Source: Candidatus Caldarchaeales archaeon (lineage in GTDB: Archaea > Thermoproteota > Nitrososphaeria_A > Caldarchaeales > Wolframiiraptoraceae). Taken from it: a DNA stretch of 64,000 nucleotides. Made by a program: the position numbers and the translations under genes. Under the pieces are notes generated by a model. That model ran no database searches, was not told the origin of the DNA, and saw nothing but the letters and a program-made list of their open reading frames with translations. The stretch spans positions 1 through 64,000 of the forward strand of contig JBCNVN010000004.1 in NCBI GenBank assembly GCA_039630055.1, in the 5' to 3' direction. Below are positions 38,729-48,283 of this stretch, piece by piece (the first letter of the stretch is position 1; each line of letters opens with the position of its first letter).

Positions 38729-39199
38729 TTATTTTTCTTTTTTAGCGACGCTCAATATTGCATCTATTATCGGTTTGTATCCTGTACATCTACAGAGAAG
38801 ACCATTCAAGGCTTCTACAACTTCTTCTCTTGATGGTTTTGGATTATGATTGATGAGCCAGTGACCTACTATCAAGAACGCTGGTGTACAGAATCCGCAT
38901 TGTAGTGCTCCATGCTCTATGAATGCTCTCTGTAATGGTGTTAGCTCACCATCCCTAGCCAAACCCTCAACGGTAACAATCTCAGAACCATCAACCTCAA
39001 CAGCAAGAACAAGACAAGACTTTACAGGCTCACCATCCAATAAAACTGTACATAGTCCGCAATCCCCTCTTTCGCATGCTTTCTTCGTTCCTTTCAATTT
39101 AAGCCCATCCCTAATCAACCATAAGAGTGTCTTATTTGATTCTACTTCAAAGGTCTTCTCCACCCCATTTATCTTGAAGCTTATCCTTCTTTTCTCCAA
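38729..39199 (-). CDS. Xanthine-dehydrogenase-family [2Fe-2S] subunit (S), paralog 2
   Basis: CERGDCGLC..SC, QCGFC, CRCTGY. Confidence 0.92.
   Translation of the reverse strand: MEKRRISFKINGVEKTFEVESNKTLLWLIRDGLKLKGTKKACERGDCGLCTVLLDGEPVKSCLVLAVEVDGSEIVTVEGLARDGELTPLQRAFIEHGALQCGFCTPAFLIVGHWLINHNPKPSREEVVEALNGLLCRCTGYKPIIDAILSVAKKEK
38876..39026 (-). repeat. 151-bp perfect inverted repeat, copy B (inside S subunit 2)
   Basis: Reverse complement of 26197-26347. Confidence 0.95.
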
Positions 39200-40060
39200 C
39201 TAGACCACCTCCATAATCTCTTTCAACAATCTTCTCGTCAAGACTCTCACAAGGTTCAACCTATACTCTGCACTTCCTCTAACATCTGATATAGGTGAGA
39301 CCCTTTCTGAAGCGGCCTGAACTGCTCTTTCTATCTTATCCTCCAATGTTCCCGGTTTTGCGAAAGCTTGTTCTGCTTCCCTAACCCTGAGAGGTGTCGG
39401 GGCCACACTAGCGTATGCTAGCCGGATCCTTATATCACCATCTTCCCTGTATCCCAATCCAGCTACTCCGACAACGGCTAGATCTTCACTCCAAACCCTC
39501 ATCATCTTCAAGTATCTTCCATAGTACTTTCGAGGTGGCTCAGGTATGAATACTTCCTTCACTATCTCCCATGGTTTTAACACAGTCTTCTTAACTCCTG
39601 TAAAGAAGTTTTCTAGAGGTATCTCTCGAGAATTTTCTCTACTTATGATTCTTACTTTTGCATCTAAGACTAGAAGTGAGGGTGAACTATCTCCTGCAGG
39701 GCTAGCAGTGCATATATTTCCGACGAGAGTTGCTCTATTTCTTAAGATCACATCACCGATGGTTTTCACAGCTTCCCATAAGACTGGATATTTATTCTTG
39801 ACGACCTGAGACTCTAGTATCTTCTTAAAAGTAACTGTGGCACCAATCGTTAATCCTTCTCCCTCTTTATAATCAAGTTTATTTAATTCTTTGATCTTCT
39901 TGATGTCGATTATGTGTTTAGCCTTCTCTAGTCTCTCCCTCAATGATACGATCAAGTCAGTGCCACCAGCAAGAATCTTCGCATCATCTGCATATCTCTC
40001 AAGAATCTCGAACAACTCTTCAAGAGTTCGTGGAGAAAAATAACTAAATCTTGGAAGCAT
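39200..40060 (-). CDS. Xanthine-dehydrogenase-family FAD subunit (M), paralog 2
   Basis: AGGTDL, RNRATLVGNIC.ASPAGD, PISDVRGSAEYR. Confidence 0.92.
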   Translation of the reverse strand: MLPRFSYFSPRTLEELFEILERYADDAKILAGGTDLIVSLRERLEKAKHIIDIKKIKELNKLDYKEGEGLTIGATVTFKKILESQVVKNKYPVLWEAVKTIGDVILRNRATLVGNICTASPAGDSSPSLLVLDAKVRIISRENSREIPLENFFTGVKKTVLKPWEIVKEVFIPEPPRKYYGRYLKMMRVWSEDLAVVGVAGLGYREDGDIRIRLAYASVAPTPLRVREAEQAFAKPGTLEDKIERAVQAASERVSPISDVRGSAEYRLNLVRVLTRRLLKEIMEVV

Positions 40061-40066
40061 CTTTTC

Positions 40067-42385
40067 TCACCTCTTCTTATTTATTGCTTTCCATATATTC
40101 TCGAAACTTATCGGTAGATTATTGATATTGACCCCCGTTGCGTGGAAGATTGCATTGGCGACAGCGGTCGGGACAGATAACATGGATAGTTCTCCAACCC
40201 CTCTAGCTCCATAAGGACCATCGCTTTGAGGATTCTCTATAACTACGATCTGGTGTTCTTCAGGAATATCTCCAGCTCTTGCAATCTTATAGTCTGTAAG
40301 ATTAGGGTTTAACATCTTCCCATTTCCATCATATTTATACTCTTCCCAAATACCTAGACTGAGAGATTGAATGCATCCTCCGATTATCTGCCCTTCAACT
40401 AGAAGTGGATTGATGGCTTTTCCTACATCGAATGCGGATACTAGTTTTAGGATCTTTACCTCACCTGTCTCGATATCGAGTTCGATCTCTACAGCTTGTG
40501 CTCCGAAAGTCCACTTGAGAGCAGGATATCCTTGCCCTGTCTCCGGGTCGAGATATGATAGTCTACTTCCTACATAGTATCCACGTCCAATCAGTGGACC
40601 TCCAATGGTATTTCCATTTGGATATACATATCCAGCCGCTATATCTTTTAATTGTAGGCTCCACTCAGGTCTACCCTTAACCATTATTTTCTCATCTTCT
40701 ATGACTAGGTCATCTTTAGGAACTCTAAGTACCTGGGAAGCTACCTCTAATATCTGTTCTTTAATATCTCTTGCAGCTCTAATAACCGCTCTCCCCTCCA
40801 TGAATAAGTTCCTGCTAGCTACCGTCTGCCAAGAATATGGTGTCACATCTGTATGCCTAAATGGTACAACTTTTATCTTCTCTACTGGAACGTTCAACTC
40901 TTCTGCAGCCATCTGAGCGAGAGCGGTAACCGTTCCCTGACCTATCTCGGTAACCCCGACAGAGATCAAGAAGGTTCCATCTTCATTTAATTTTATTATA
41001 GCAGAGGATGCAGCATTAGGAGGCATCGCAGGAGCCTTCCAAAGTGCAGCAACACCCTTCGCTCTCAGCTTATTTCCGCCAACTGATACTGGGCGGGTTC
41101 CCCATCCAATCTTATCAGCCACTGCTCTAATACACTGGTCTATCCTACCAGCGTCTTCTCTTAACCTCTCTCCAGTAGGCGTTGTTAGACCGGGTAGAAG
41201 AGCATTCTTTAATCTAAATTCAACCGGATCCATACCTATCTCTGCTGCTATGATCTCTATCTGTCTTTCAATAGCCCATAGGAACTCAAAGTGTCCGAAA
41301 CCTCTAAACGCTGTACCCCATGGATGGTTAGTATACACCGTTAAGGATTCGGCTTCTAGATTAGGTACGAAGTATGGTCCAGTACATGAATATCCTGCAG
41401 CTCTAGCTATGTTCACTCCATAATCTGCATAGGCTCCTGCATCGAATATGTAAAGTATCTTTTCAGCCATGATCTTTCCATCTCTGGTTACACCCGTTTT
41501 TATTCTTCCATAGAATCCCTGTCTAACTGGAGCCGTCATAAACTGCTCCTCACGTGTTAACTCAAGCATCACAGGTCTGTACCCTGCTTTCTTGGATAGG
41601 AGAACTACAAGCGGTTCAAAGTTTATTCCTGCCTTTCCTCCAAAACCTCCTCCAACATAGGGAACATAAACAGATATCTTATGTAATGGTATTCCGAGCG
41701 AGTAGCCCAGTATGTACCTAATGGCGAAAGGGCTCTGAGCAGATGTCCATATCTTGATGCTTCCATCTTTTAGATATTGACCTATGCAGACATGGGGTTC
41801 CATTGGAACATGGGAGACCTGAGGCATAAGAAACTCGTTCTCAACTATTACCTCACTCTCTCTAAAGCCTTCATCTAAGTTCCCCTTCTTCACTATAAAT
41901 CTATTAGCTATGTTTGTCCCTGGAATAGGGTTGAAGGCTGGAGAATGAGCATACTCTCCTAGTTCTTCATGAACTAGAGGAGAGTCAGGCTTTAATGCAT
42001 CCCTTACATCTAATACAGGTTTCAGCGGATCATATTCTACCTTTATCTGCATAACGGCTTCCTCTGCTGTCTCCAGATCCTCAGCGACAACTGCTGCGAC
42101 AGGTTCACCAACCCATCTAACCTTTTTCTTCGCCAAGATATTTCTATCATTTACATATAACCCTACTCGGAATGGGAAGTCTTCACCGGTGGCAATGGTT
42201 ACAACGTTTGGCATCTTCAAAGCATTACTGAAATCTATTGATTTGATCCTTGCATGGGCGTATGGGCTTAAAAGCAACTTTGCATACAGCATTCCCGGAA
42301 GCTCGATATCTCCAGTGTACTCAGCTGAACCAGTAATTTTTTCTATCGCATCTATTCTTTGAATAGGTTTGCCAACATACTTCAC
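40067..42385 (-). CDS. Xanthine-dehydrogenase-family molybdopterin subunit (L), paralog 2
   Basis: TSAQSP, GGGFGGK, AFRGFG, QTVASR, GARGVGE. Confidence 0.92.
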   Translation of the reverse strand: MKYVGKPIQRIDAIEKITGSAEYTGDIELPGMLYAKLLLSPYAHARIKSIDFSNALKMPNVVTIATGEDFPFRVGLYVNDRNILAKKKVRWVGEPVAAVVAEDLETAEEAVMQIKVEYDPLKPVLDVRDALKPDSPLVHEELGEYAHSPAFNPIPGTNIANRFIVKKGNLDEGFRESEVIVENEFLMPQVSHVPMEPHVCIGQYLKDGSIKIWTSAQSPFAIRYILGYSLGIPLHKISVYVPYVGGGFGGKAGINFEPLVVLLSKKAGYRPVMLELTREEQFMTAPVRQGFYGRIKTGVTRDGKIMAEKILYIFDAGAYADYGVNIARAAGYSCTGPYFVPNLEAESLTVYTNHPWGTAFRGFGHFEFLWAIERQIEIIAAEIGMDPVEFRLKNALLPGLTTPTGERLREDAGRIDQCIRAVADKIGWGTRPVSVGGNKLRAKGVAALWKAPAMPPNAASSAIIKLNEDGTFLISVGVTEIGQGTVTALAQMAAEELNVPVEKIKVVPFRHTDVTPYSWQTVASRNLFMEGRAVIRAARDIKEQILEVASQVLRVPKDDLVIEDEKIMVKGRPEWSLQLKDIAAGYVYPNGNTIGGPLIGRGYYVGSRLSYLDPETGQGYPALKWTFGAQAVEIELDIETGEVKILKLVSAFDVGKAINPLLVEGQIIGGCIQSLSLGIWEEYKYDGNGKMLNPNLTDYKIARAGDIPEEHQIVVIENPQSDGPYGARGVGELSMLSVPTAVANAIFHATGVNINNLPISFENIWKAINKKR

Positions 42386-42500
42386 TTATCATCACCCTCC
42401 TAATAATTTTTTACATCTTCAAATCTCTAAACCTCAATATATCTCTTCACTCTCCATATTTTATCGAAAAATAATTATAGGGTAGGATAAGATTGAGGTT

Positions 42501-43241
42501 TCAGAATTCTATCTCGAATGTTGAAGTCGGTTTTAGAGGTATAGTCTTATTGAGCAAATCTTGGGGAACAGGTCTTTCACCCATAAGACCACGTTCTAGT
42601 AGAGATGGTTTAACAGACTTGTTCCACTGTTCTTTTGTTATATAGTATACTCTTGCTCCTCCAAGCTCATGTTGTACTTCGGGCCATGGCTTTGTTACAT
42701 GTTGAAGTCTAAAGCCCATTCTAAAGCCGAAGGGACTTTCAAAAGTGGCCCACCATTCATTTACGCCAACTATATCGAATGCATGCTCTACCTTTGCTGC
42801 ATAGAGAAATATCCCAAGCCTCTCGGCACGTTTAAAGACTATCGTATGGAGGCTTATACAGATATTCTCATTATAGTATCGATGGTTGACGAGCCCCATC
42901 AATTCTCCATCTTTATTAGTTGCTACTATCACGTATCCATCCTTTAACCTATTCTGTGACCATGCCAATATCTCTGAATAAGTTCTTACGGCGACGAGGT
43001 GGTAAAAGTCTTTATCGTATTTGTGGTCGACCAATTGTTTCAGAGTTTGGAGCATAGCTGGTGCCTCATCTTTAGTTGCAGGTCGAACAATTATCGGCTC
43101 GCCACTTTTCAATCTATATATCTTGGGTGGGAAGGGTTTCTGGAATCTTTCATCGGGTGGAGCACCTCTTAGAAATTCTTCAATCTCATCTACTCCAAAC
43201 TTAAATTCTTCGAAAGAGATAGGTACAACTGGCTTAACCAT
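42501..43241 (-). CDS. GNAT-like N-acyltransferase-fold protein
   Basis: LKSGEPIIVRPAT..E, VIVA...GELMG pattern of GNAT strands; divergent family. Confidence 0.55.
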   Translation of the reverse strand: MVKPVVPISFEEFKFGVDEIEEFLRGAPPDERFQKPFPPKIYRLKSGEPIIVRPATKDEAPAMLQTLKQLVDHKYDKDFYHLVAVRTYSEILAWSQNRLKDGYVIVATNKDGELMGLVNHRYYNENICISLHTIVFKRAERLGIFLYAAKVEHAFDIVGVNEWWATFESPFGFRMGFRLQHVTKPWPEVQHELGGARVYYITKEQWNKSVKPSLLERGLMGERPVPQDLLNKTIPLKPTSTFEIEF

Positions 43242-43359
43242 GTTTAAAACTAGTTATCGTGGAGAATAAATACCTTCTTCAGAATATTCTTCCAAGATTT
43301 ATATTCTTCTAGATCTTCGAAGATGCTTATATCCATCCAATTACAAGATCCATACTGGA

Positions 43360-44523
43360 ATGAGAATATTCAAAGATGAAGAGAAGCTTTCTCCAGAATA
43401 TGTTCCACAAGAACTTCCACATCGTGAGAGTGAGCTAAGTATGTTGAGAACATTCTTTAGTAGTGTTATTTCGGGAAGCCCATCGATATCGATTAGGCTG
43501 ATAATTACGGGTTCGGTAGGAACTGGTAAAAGCGCTCTGGCCAAATTATTCGGGCAAAGAGCGGTCTCTGAAGCATCAAGAAAAGGGATAGACTTAAAAT
43601 TTCTTTACGTGAACTGTAGAATAAGCAAGACGACATTCTCTGTCTTGAGAAAACTAATAGAACAGCTTAAAGCTAGGCTACCTGAGAGAGGTCTATCTAA
43701 TGAAGAACTCATCCACAGATTTCTAGATTATCTAGAATACAAGGGATTCTATGCTATAATAGCATTAGATGAAGTCGAGACACTTTTAAGAGAGGAAGGA
43801 TCTGAACCATTCTATCTCTTTTCTAGGATCGGAGAGGAGAGAATGAAGACCCCCAGAATCTCAACGATATTCATAATGAGAAGTCTAGATGTACTAGATA
43901 TGCTGGACCAGAGTACTAGAAGCAGTCTTCTTGGAAATATAATATATCTTAAGGAATATGATTACGATCAGCTGTATGATATTGTAAAGTATAGAGCGAG
44001 TTTAGCTTTTAGACCTGATGCAATAGAAGAAGATTCGTTAAGCTTGATCGCAGAGCTAAGCAGCGAGAGAGGGGATGCTAGGTATGCTCTAGACATACTG
44101 TGGAGGGCTGGAAAGTTCGCAGAGGCGGAAGGCTTAACAACAGTAGAGCCGGAGCATGTTAGGAAGGCTGCTGCAAGCGTTTACCCAACAATAAGAAGAG
44201 AACATTTAGAATATCTTGAATATGATTCAAAATTAATCTTGCTTGCATTAGCTAATGCATTAGATGCGGAGAAATCTGGATACGTTACTTCTAGTACTTT
44301 GAATGAATATTATAGAATCGTCTGTGAAGAATATAGTGTGGAACCCAAGTCTTATACAAGTTTTTGGGGAGCGCTTCAACGACTTGACGATCTAGGAATA
44401 ATTAGGATAAGGGTGGTCAGCGAGGGCTCGAAAGGAAGAAGATCATACATTTCTCTACTAGGCATACCGACATCTATATTGAGGAAAGAGCTAGAACCTT
44501 TAATACAAAGAAATCGGACGTAG
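43360..44523 (+). CDS. cdc6: Orc1/Cdc6 initiator
   Basis: L.PEYVP..LPHRE, GSVGTGKS, YVNC, LDEVE, GDAR.ALD, C-terminal wH. Confidence 0.92.
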   Translation: MRIFKDEEKLSPEYVPQELPHRESELSMLRTFFSSVISGSPSISIRLIITGSVGTGKSALAKLFGQRAVSEASRKGIDLKFLYVNCRISKTTFSVLRKLIEQLKARLPERGLSNEELIHRFLDYLEYKGFYAIIALDEVETLLREEGSEPFYLFSRIGEERMKTPRISTIFIMRSLDVLDMLDQSTRSSLLGNIIYLKEYDYDQLYDIVKYRASLAFRPDAIEEDSLSLIAELSSERGDARYALDILWRAGKFAEAEGLTTVEPEHVRKAAASVYPTIRREHLEYLEYDSKLILLALANALDAEKSGYVTSSTLNEYYRIVCEEYSVEPKSYTSFWGALQRLDDLGIIRIRVVSEGSKGRRSYISLLGIPTSILRKELEPLIQRNRT

Positions 44524-44568
44524 ACTCGATAATATTCATAAAAATATTTCACGAAAAAATAAGGTAAG

Positions 44569-45909
44569 CTAGGATTTTTTCATATTACTGGTAGATCTCT
44601 TCTTCTTAACCTTTCCATTAGCTACTTTTTCTAGCTCCTCTTCTACTCCCCCACCCTCTTTTACATTCAAATAATTCTTTTTCAAGTATTCTACTTCTTC
44701 ATCTGTTAGTTCAAAGTATTCTATTAATTTTATTTTAGACCCACGTGCATGAGAGATTATTATCCCGACGTATGGTAGCATGAATCTAGAGGCCTTGTAT
44801 GATGAAAGATGTAGTTTTGAAGCTATCTTAAAAGCAATTCTATCTCTAATCTCTCTCTCCTCTCTGTATTGTTGTAGAAATCTAATCTTATGGGGAAAAC
44901 TAAATTTCTGAAAACCTTTAGAAGGTGTTTTTCTAGCTACTACGATCCCCCCAGTCATCAGAGGTATAGCATATCTCATCAACCTCCACATCTGAAGCTT
45001 GTTTATACGCTTAAAGTATAAGTCAGCTCTTGACATTAGGTCATAAGCTTCAGCTAGCTCTTCTATTTCAGTTATCTGTGTTGGTATGTTATCCAGAACC
45101 CAAGTATATAGTGCTTCTGGATCAATTTCCAATCCTTCAAGAGCAGCTCTAGCTCCTCTAATAGATTTTGAGTAGAAGATTATTCTTAAGGCTTCGAAGA
45201 TCTCTCTAACTCTATCTCTTTCCCCTAAGACCTTTAGATCATTCTCTGTTATGATTTTTTTACCGGACGATACTGCTTGTAAGTCCATTATAGCTGATCT
45301 GAGATCTCCTTTAGCTCCTTCAGCTATCTTGTCTATAACATCTTCTGAGACTTCTATTCCTTCTCTCTCACATATCTCTCTCAACCTTTTCGAGATTGTA
45401 GTTTTATTTAACCTCTTAAACTCAATCATGAGAGATAATTCTCTGATCTGTGAAAGCTTCTGGTCCCATGGATTGTTAGCGATCAATACTAAGGGGACTT
45501 TACTCTCACTGATTATTTTCTTTAATGCTGCTATTCCTCCAGCATCCTCTCTTCCAGCTACACCATCAACTTCATCTACTAAGATAAGTCTCTTCGCATG
45601 GCCTTCTAAAGTAGCATACTGAGAAGATTCGCCGACCACCATCTTCATCTTCTCTTCATTCCTCCAGTCGCTCGCATTCACTTCAACCACATCGTATCCA
45701 TGCTCTCTCCCATAGGCCAGGACTAGACTAGTCTTTCCGACTCCTGCTGGACCGTATAGGAGAGCAGCCTTTTTAGTAGGTTTACCTCTCTCCCAGCTTC
45801 TAATCCACTCTAAGAATTCTTCTATAGACTCTCTATTACCTACTACCTCGCTCACCTTTCTAGGCCTATATTTCTCAACCCAAAGTTGATCCATTTTCTT
45901 CCTTCCCAA
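44569..45909 (-). CDS. rfcL: Replication factor C large subunit
   Basis: WVEKYRP, GPAGVGKT, EVNASD.R, DEVDG, GDLRSA. Confidence 0.92.
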   Translation of the reverse strand: MGRKKMDQLWVEKYRPRKVSEVVGNRESIEEFLEWIRSWERGKPTKKAALLYGPAGVGKTSLVLAYGREHGYDVVEVNASDWRNEEKMKMVVGESSQYATLEGHAKRLILVDEVDGVAGREDAGGIAALKKIISESKVPLVLIANNPWDQKLSQIRELSLMIEFKRLNKTTISKRLREICEREGIEVSEDVIDKIAEGAKGDLRSAIMDLQAVSSGKKIITENDLKVLGERDRVREIFEALRIIFYSKSIRGARAALEGLEIDPEALYTWVLDNIPTQITEIEELAEAYDLMSRADLYFKRINKLQMWRLMRYAIPLMTGGIVVARKTPSKGFQKFSFPHKIRFLQQYREEREIRDRIAFKIASKLHLSSYKASRFMLPYVGIIISHARGSKIKLIEYFELTDEEVEYLKKNYLNVKEGGGVEEELEKVANGKVKKKRSTSNMKKS

Positions 45910-45911
45910 CG

Positions 45912-48224
45912 TTATTTCTTCTTAGATTTTGACGCGATCCTCGCCAAGAATGCCATAAGCTGTACTTCTTCTGTTCCTCCTTCAGCAATCCTGTAATCTA
46001 TCTCTCCTAAAAGATCAAGAAGTTCAAGTTTATCTTCTTCAGTCAAGTCTAGGTAGAATAGTTCACGGTATATTGCTGAGATTATATCTGAGCCAGACAA
46101 ACCTTGAACATAGATTAGTCTTCTCAATTCGTCTCTCGCTTGTATAAATTTTCCACTCAATGCTAGTTCGATTATCTTCCTTATCTCCCCCCTACTAACA
46201 TATCCGAGAATGTAGTAGACTGTCTTCTCATCTATTCTATTTGAGATTGTGGCGGATGCTTGTAAAATATTTATCGCTCTTCTCATATCTCCTTCCGAGA
46301 ACTCATATATAGCATCTAGAGCAGCATCCTCTACTTCCAGCTTCTCTTGCTCAGCGATCCATCTAATTCGACGTATTATATCATTCTTTGTTAATGGTCT
46401 AAACCTGAATACTGCACATCTACTCTGTATAGGCTCTATTATCCTATTACTATAATTTGCAGCTAAGATGAATCTACAAGTTGTTGAATATTGTTCCATA
46501 ACCCTTCGGAAAGCATGCTGTGCATCATCTGTCAACTGATCACTCTCATCTAGTAACAGTATCTTGAACCCTATCTCTCCACCTATAGGGATCTGCCTAG
46601 CAAACATCTTAACCTTATCTCGAATAGTCTGTATTCCTCTTTCATCACTATTATGTAGTAGGATTGGGGTTGTTCCACCCCAAAATACTTCTGATTTCGG
46701 AACTGAAACATCATAAACATATCCATCATAATCTTCGACCTCAATCGACTTTATCTCTACAGCATAAAGTGGTGATAGTGCCAATCGAATAATCTTTTCA
46801 TATATTTCTCGACCATTAGGTGAGAGACGATCTTTACGTATCGTTCGTAGAATCTCTATCAAATTCCTCTTACTGATCCTACCGAATCTCTTTGAATAGA
46901 TTTCATGTCCTAAAAGATGTCTAAGCCTTTCACATTCCCTCTCTTCTAAAAGACTATATATTATAGAGGTTGGGAGTAGATCGGATCCAATACTCGTAGA
47001 TCTCCTTTCAAGTTTACATTCATCTTTAAAGATAAAACTCTCTATTCCCATCATCCTCGCAAGCCAAGCAATATCTATTAGAGCATCGACCGATCTTGAA
47101 TTGTATCTAACTATGCCTCCCCAACATCTAGAAGCATCTCCTAGATAATCTTTAATAAATGTGATCCTATCTGATAGTGATAAGCCGCATGAGCTTTCTA
47201 GAAAATGTTCACTTTGAGTTCTTATCGGATTTATGAGGTAGAAATTTCCATCGTATAATTTTGTTGTTTGTGTATTAAGTATTAAATTTTCGGTATGGAA
47301 GAATTCGAATGAATTATTATATGAAAAATCTTCTCGAATGCATAGCATATTCTCTGGTACTCGATTATCTGTTGACAAAGTTCTACTATCTAGGGGTCCA
47401 TCATATAGCATATTGAGAGTTGAATTGGCTCCTCTACATGGATTACTGGAATCCCCATAAACTTCAGCGAGGTAGACCCTCATAGATCGGGAAGATCTAT
47501 CTATTACTTCTAATCTAGTAAGGGCTTCCCCAATTATAGGATCTATAATACTGGTTTTTCCAAATGCTAAAGACTCTGAGAAAACATGTGGTGAAAGACC
47601 TGGTTCGAGTCTTCCAAATTGTAAAGGATTCTTAAATGATATCAAGTATTCACCTACTTTGAGTTCAGATACCTTCTTAGCCACTATTTCAACACTTTTA
47701 GAGTCTATAACCATAACTGAATGGTCGAGACTTGTCCTGATCTCGCCACCTTCATATTTTATTCTAGCGATCTTCTTTACTCTATGTCTGGAGATCGCTT
47801 CAATAGGTTTGAATACAATATTAAAGAATCGATCTATTGAGAGTATTTCTGGGCCTCTTTCAAGAAATATGTATGAGGCACTAGTCGACGTAAAGTATCT
47901 ATCGGAAAGCTCTCCAATAGTAGTCCTCACGATAACCTTACCTTCTCTTATAAGTATCGGTGTTTCAGGAGTTACCGAAGCGTTTATCTCAACGAACCAT
48001 CCATCTTCAATATATCTTGGACCGTATAGATCTCTAGCGAGGGCATGAGCTGTCGCTGTCTTCCCTGTTCCCGGTGGTCCAGAGAAGAGCATATGGGGCA
48101 CTGTTTTCGTCTTTAAAATATTCATTAAACTCGTTACTACTTCTTCTTGGTTTATTATCTCGGATAAGGTTTTGGGTCTATATTTCTCAACCCATGGAAG
48201 AGTTGCCACTGCTTCAATACTCAA
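45912..48224 (-). CDS. rfcS: Replication factor C small subunit containing one intein
   Basis: PWVEKYRP, GPPGTGKT, EINA/SDERGI split by the intein, LDESD, IQSRC; spliced length 327 aa. Confidence 0.93.
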   Translation of the reverse strand: MSIEAVATLPWVEKYRPKTLSEIINQEEVVTSLMNILKTKTVPHMLFSGPPGTGKTATAHALARDLYGPRYIEDGWFVEINASVTPETPILIREGKVIVRTTIGELSDRYFTSTSASYIFLERGPEILSIDRFFNIVFKPIEAISRHRVKKIARIKYEGGEIRTSLDHSVMVIDSKSVEIVAKKVSELKVGEYLISFKNPLQFGRLEPGLSPHVFSESLAFGKTSIIDPIIGEALTRLEVIDRSSRSMRVYLAEVYGDSSNPCRGANSTLNMLYDGPLDSRTLSTDNRVPENMLCIREDFSYNNSFEFFHTENLILNTQTTKLYDGNFYLINPIRTQSEHFLESSCGLSLSDRITFIKDYLGDASRCWGGIVRYNSRSVDALIDIAWLARMMGIESFIFKDECKLERRSTSIGSDLLPTSIIYSLLEERECERLRHLLGHEIYSKRFGRISKRNLIEILRTIRKDRLSPNGREIYEKIIRLALSPLYAVEIKSIEVEDYDGYVYDVSVPKSEVFWGGTTPILLHNSDERGIQTIRDKVKMFARQIPIGGEIGFKILLLDESDQLTDDAQHAFRRVMEQYSTTCRFILAANYSNRIIEPIQSRCAVFRFRPLTKNDIIRRIRWIAEQEKLEVEDAALDAIYEFSEGDMRRAINILQASATISNRIDEKTVYYILGYVSRGEIRKIIELALSGKFIQARDELRRLIYVQGLSGSDIISAIYRELFYLDLTEEDKLELLDLLGEIDYRIAEGGTEEVQLMAFLARIASKSKKK
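46650..47978 (-). mobile_element. Intein (443 aa) in RFC small subunit with decayed LAGLIDADG remnant
   Basis: Starts SVTPETPI, block B RTSLDH, ends VYDVSVP..ILLHN/S; removal restores EINASDERG. Confidence 0.9.
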
Positions 48225-48283
48225 TCATACCACCCCAAAACTATTTCTAACCCCAACCTATTACTCTTTCGATATTCTTCCCG

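Noticed and set aside
43242-43359. Replication origin upstream of cdc6
   Set aside because: Only 118 bp, with a single weak TCCA-TAC-TGGA dyad at the start codon; no repeated ORB boxes or G-strings
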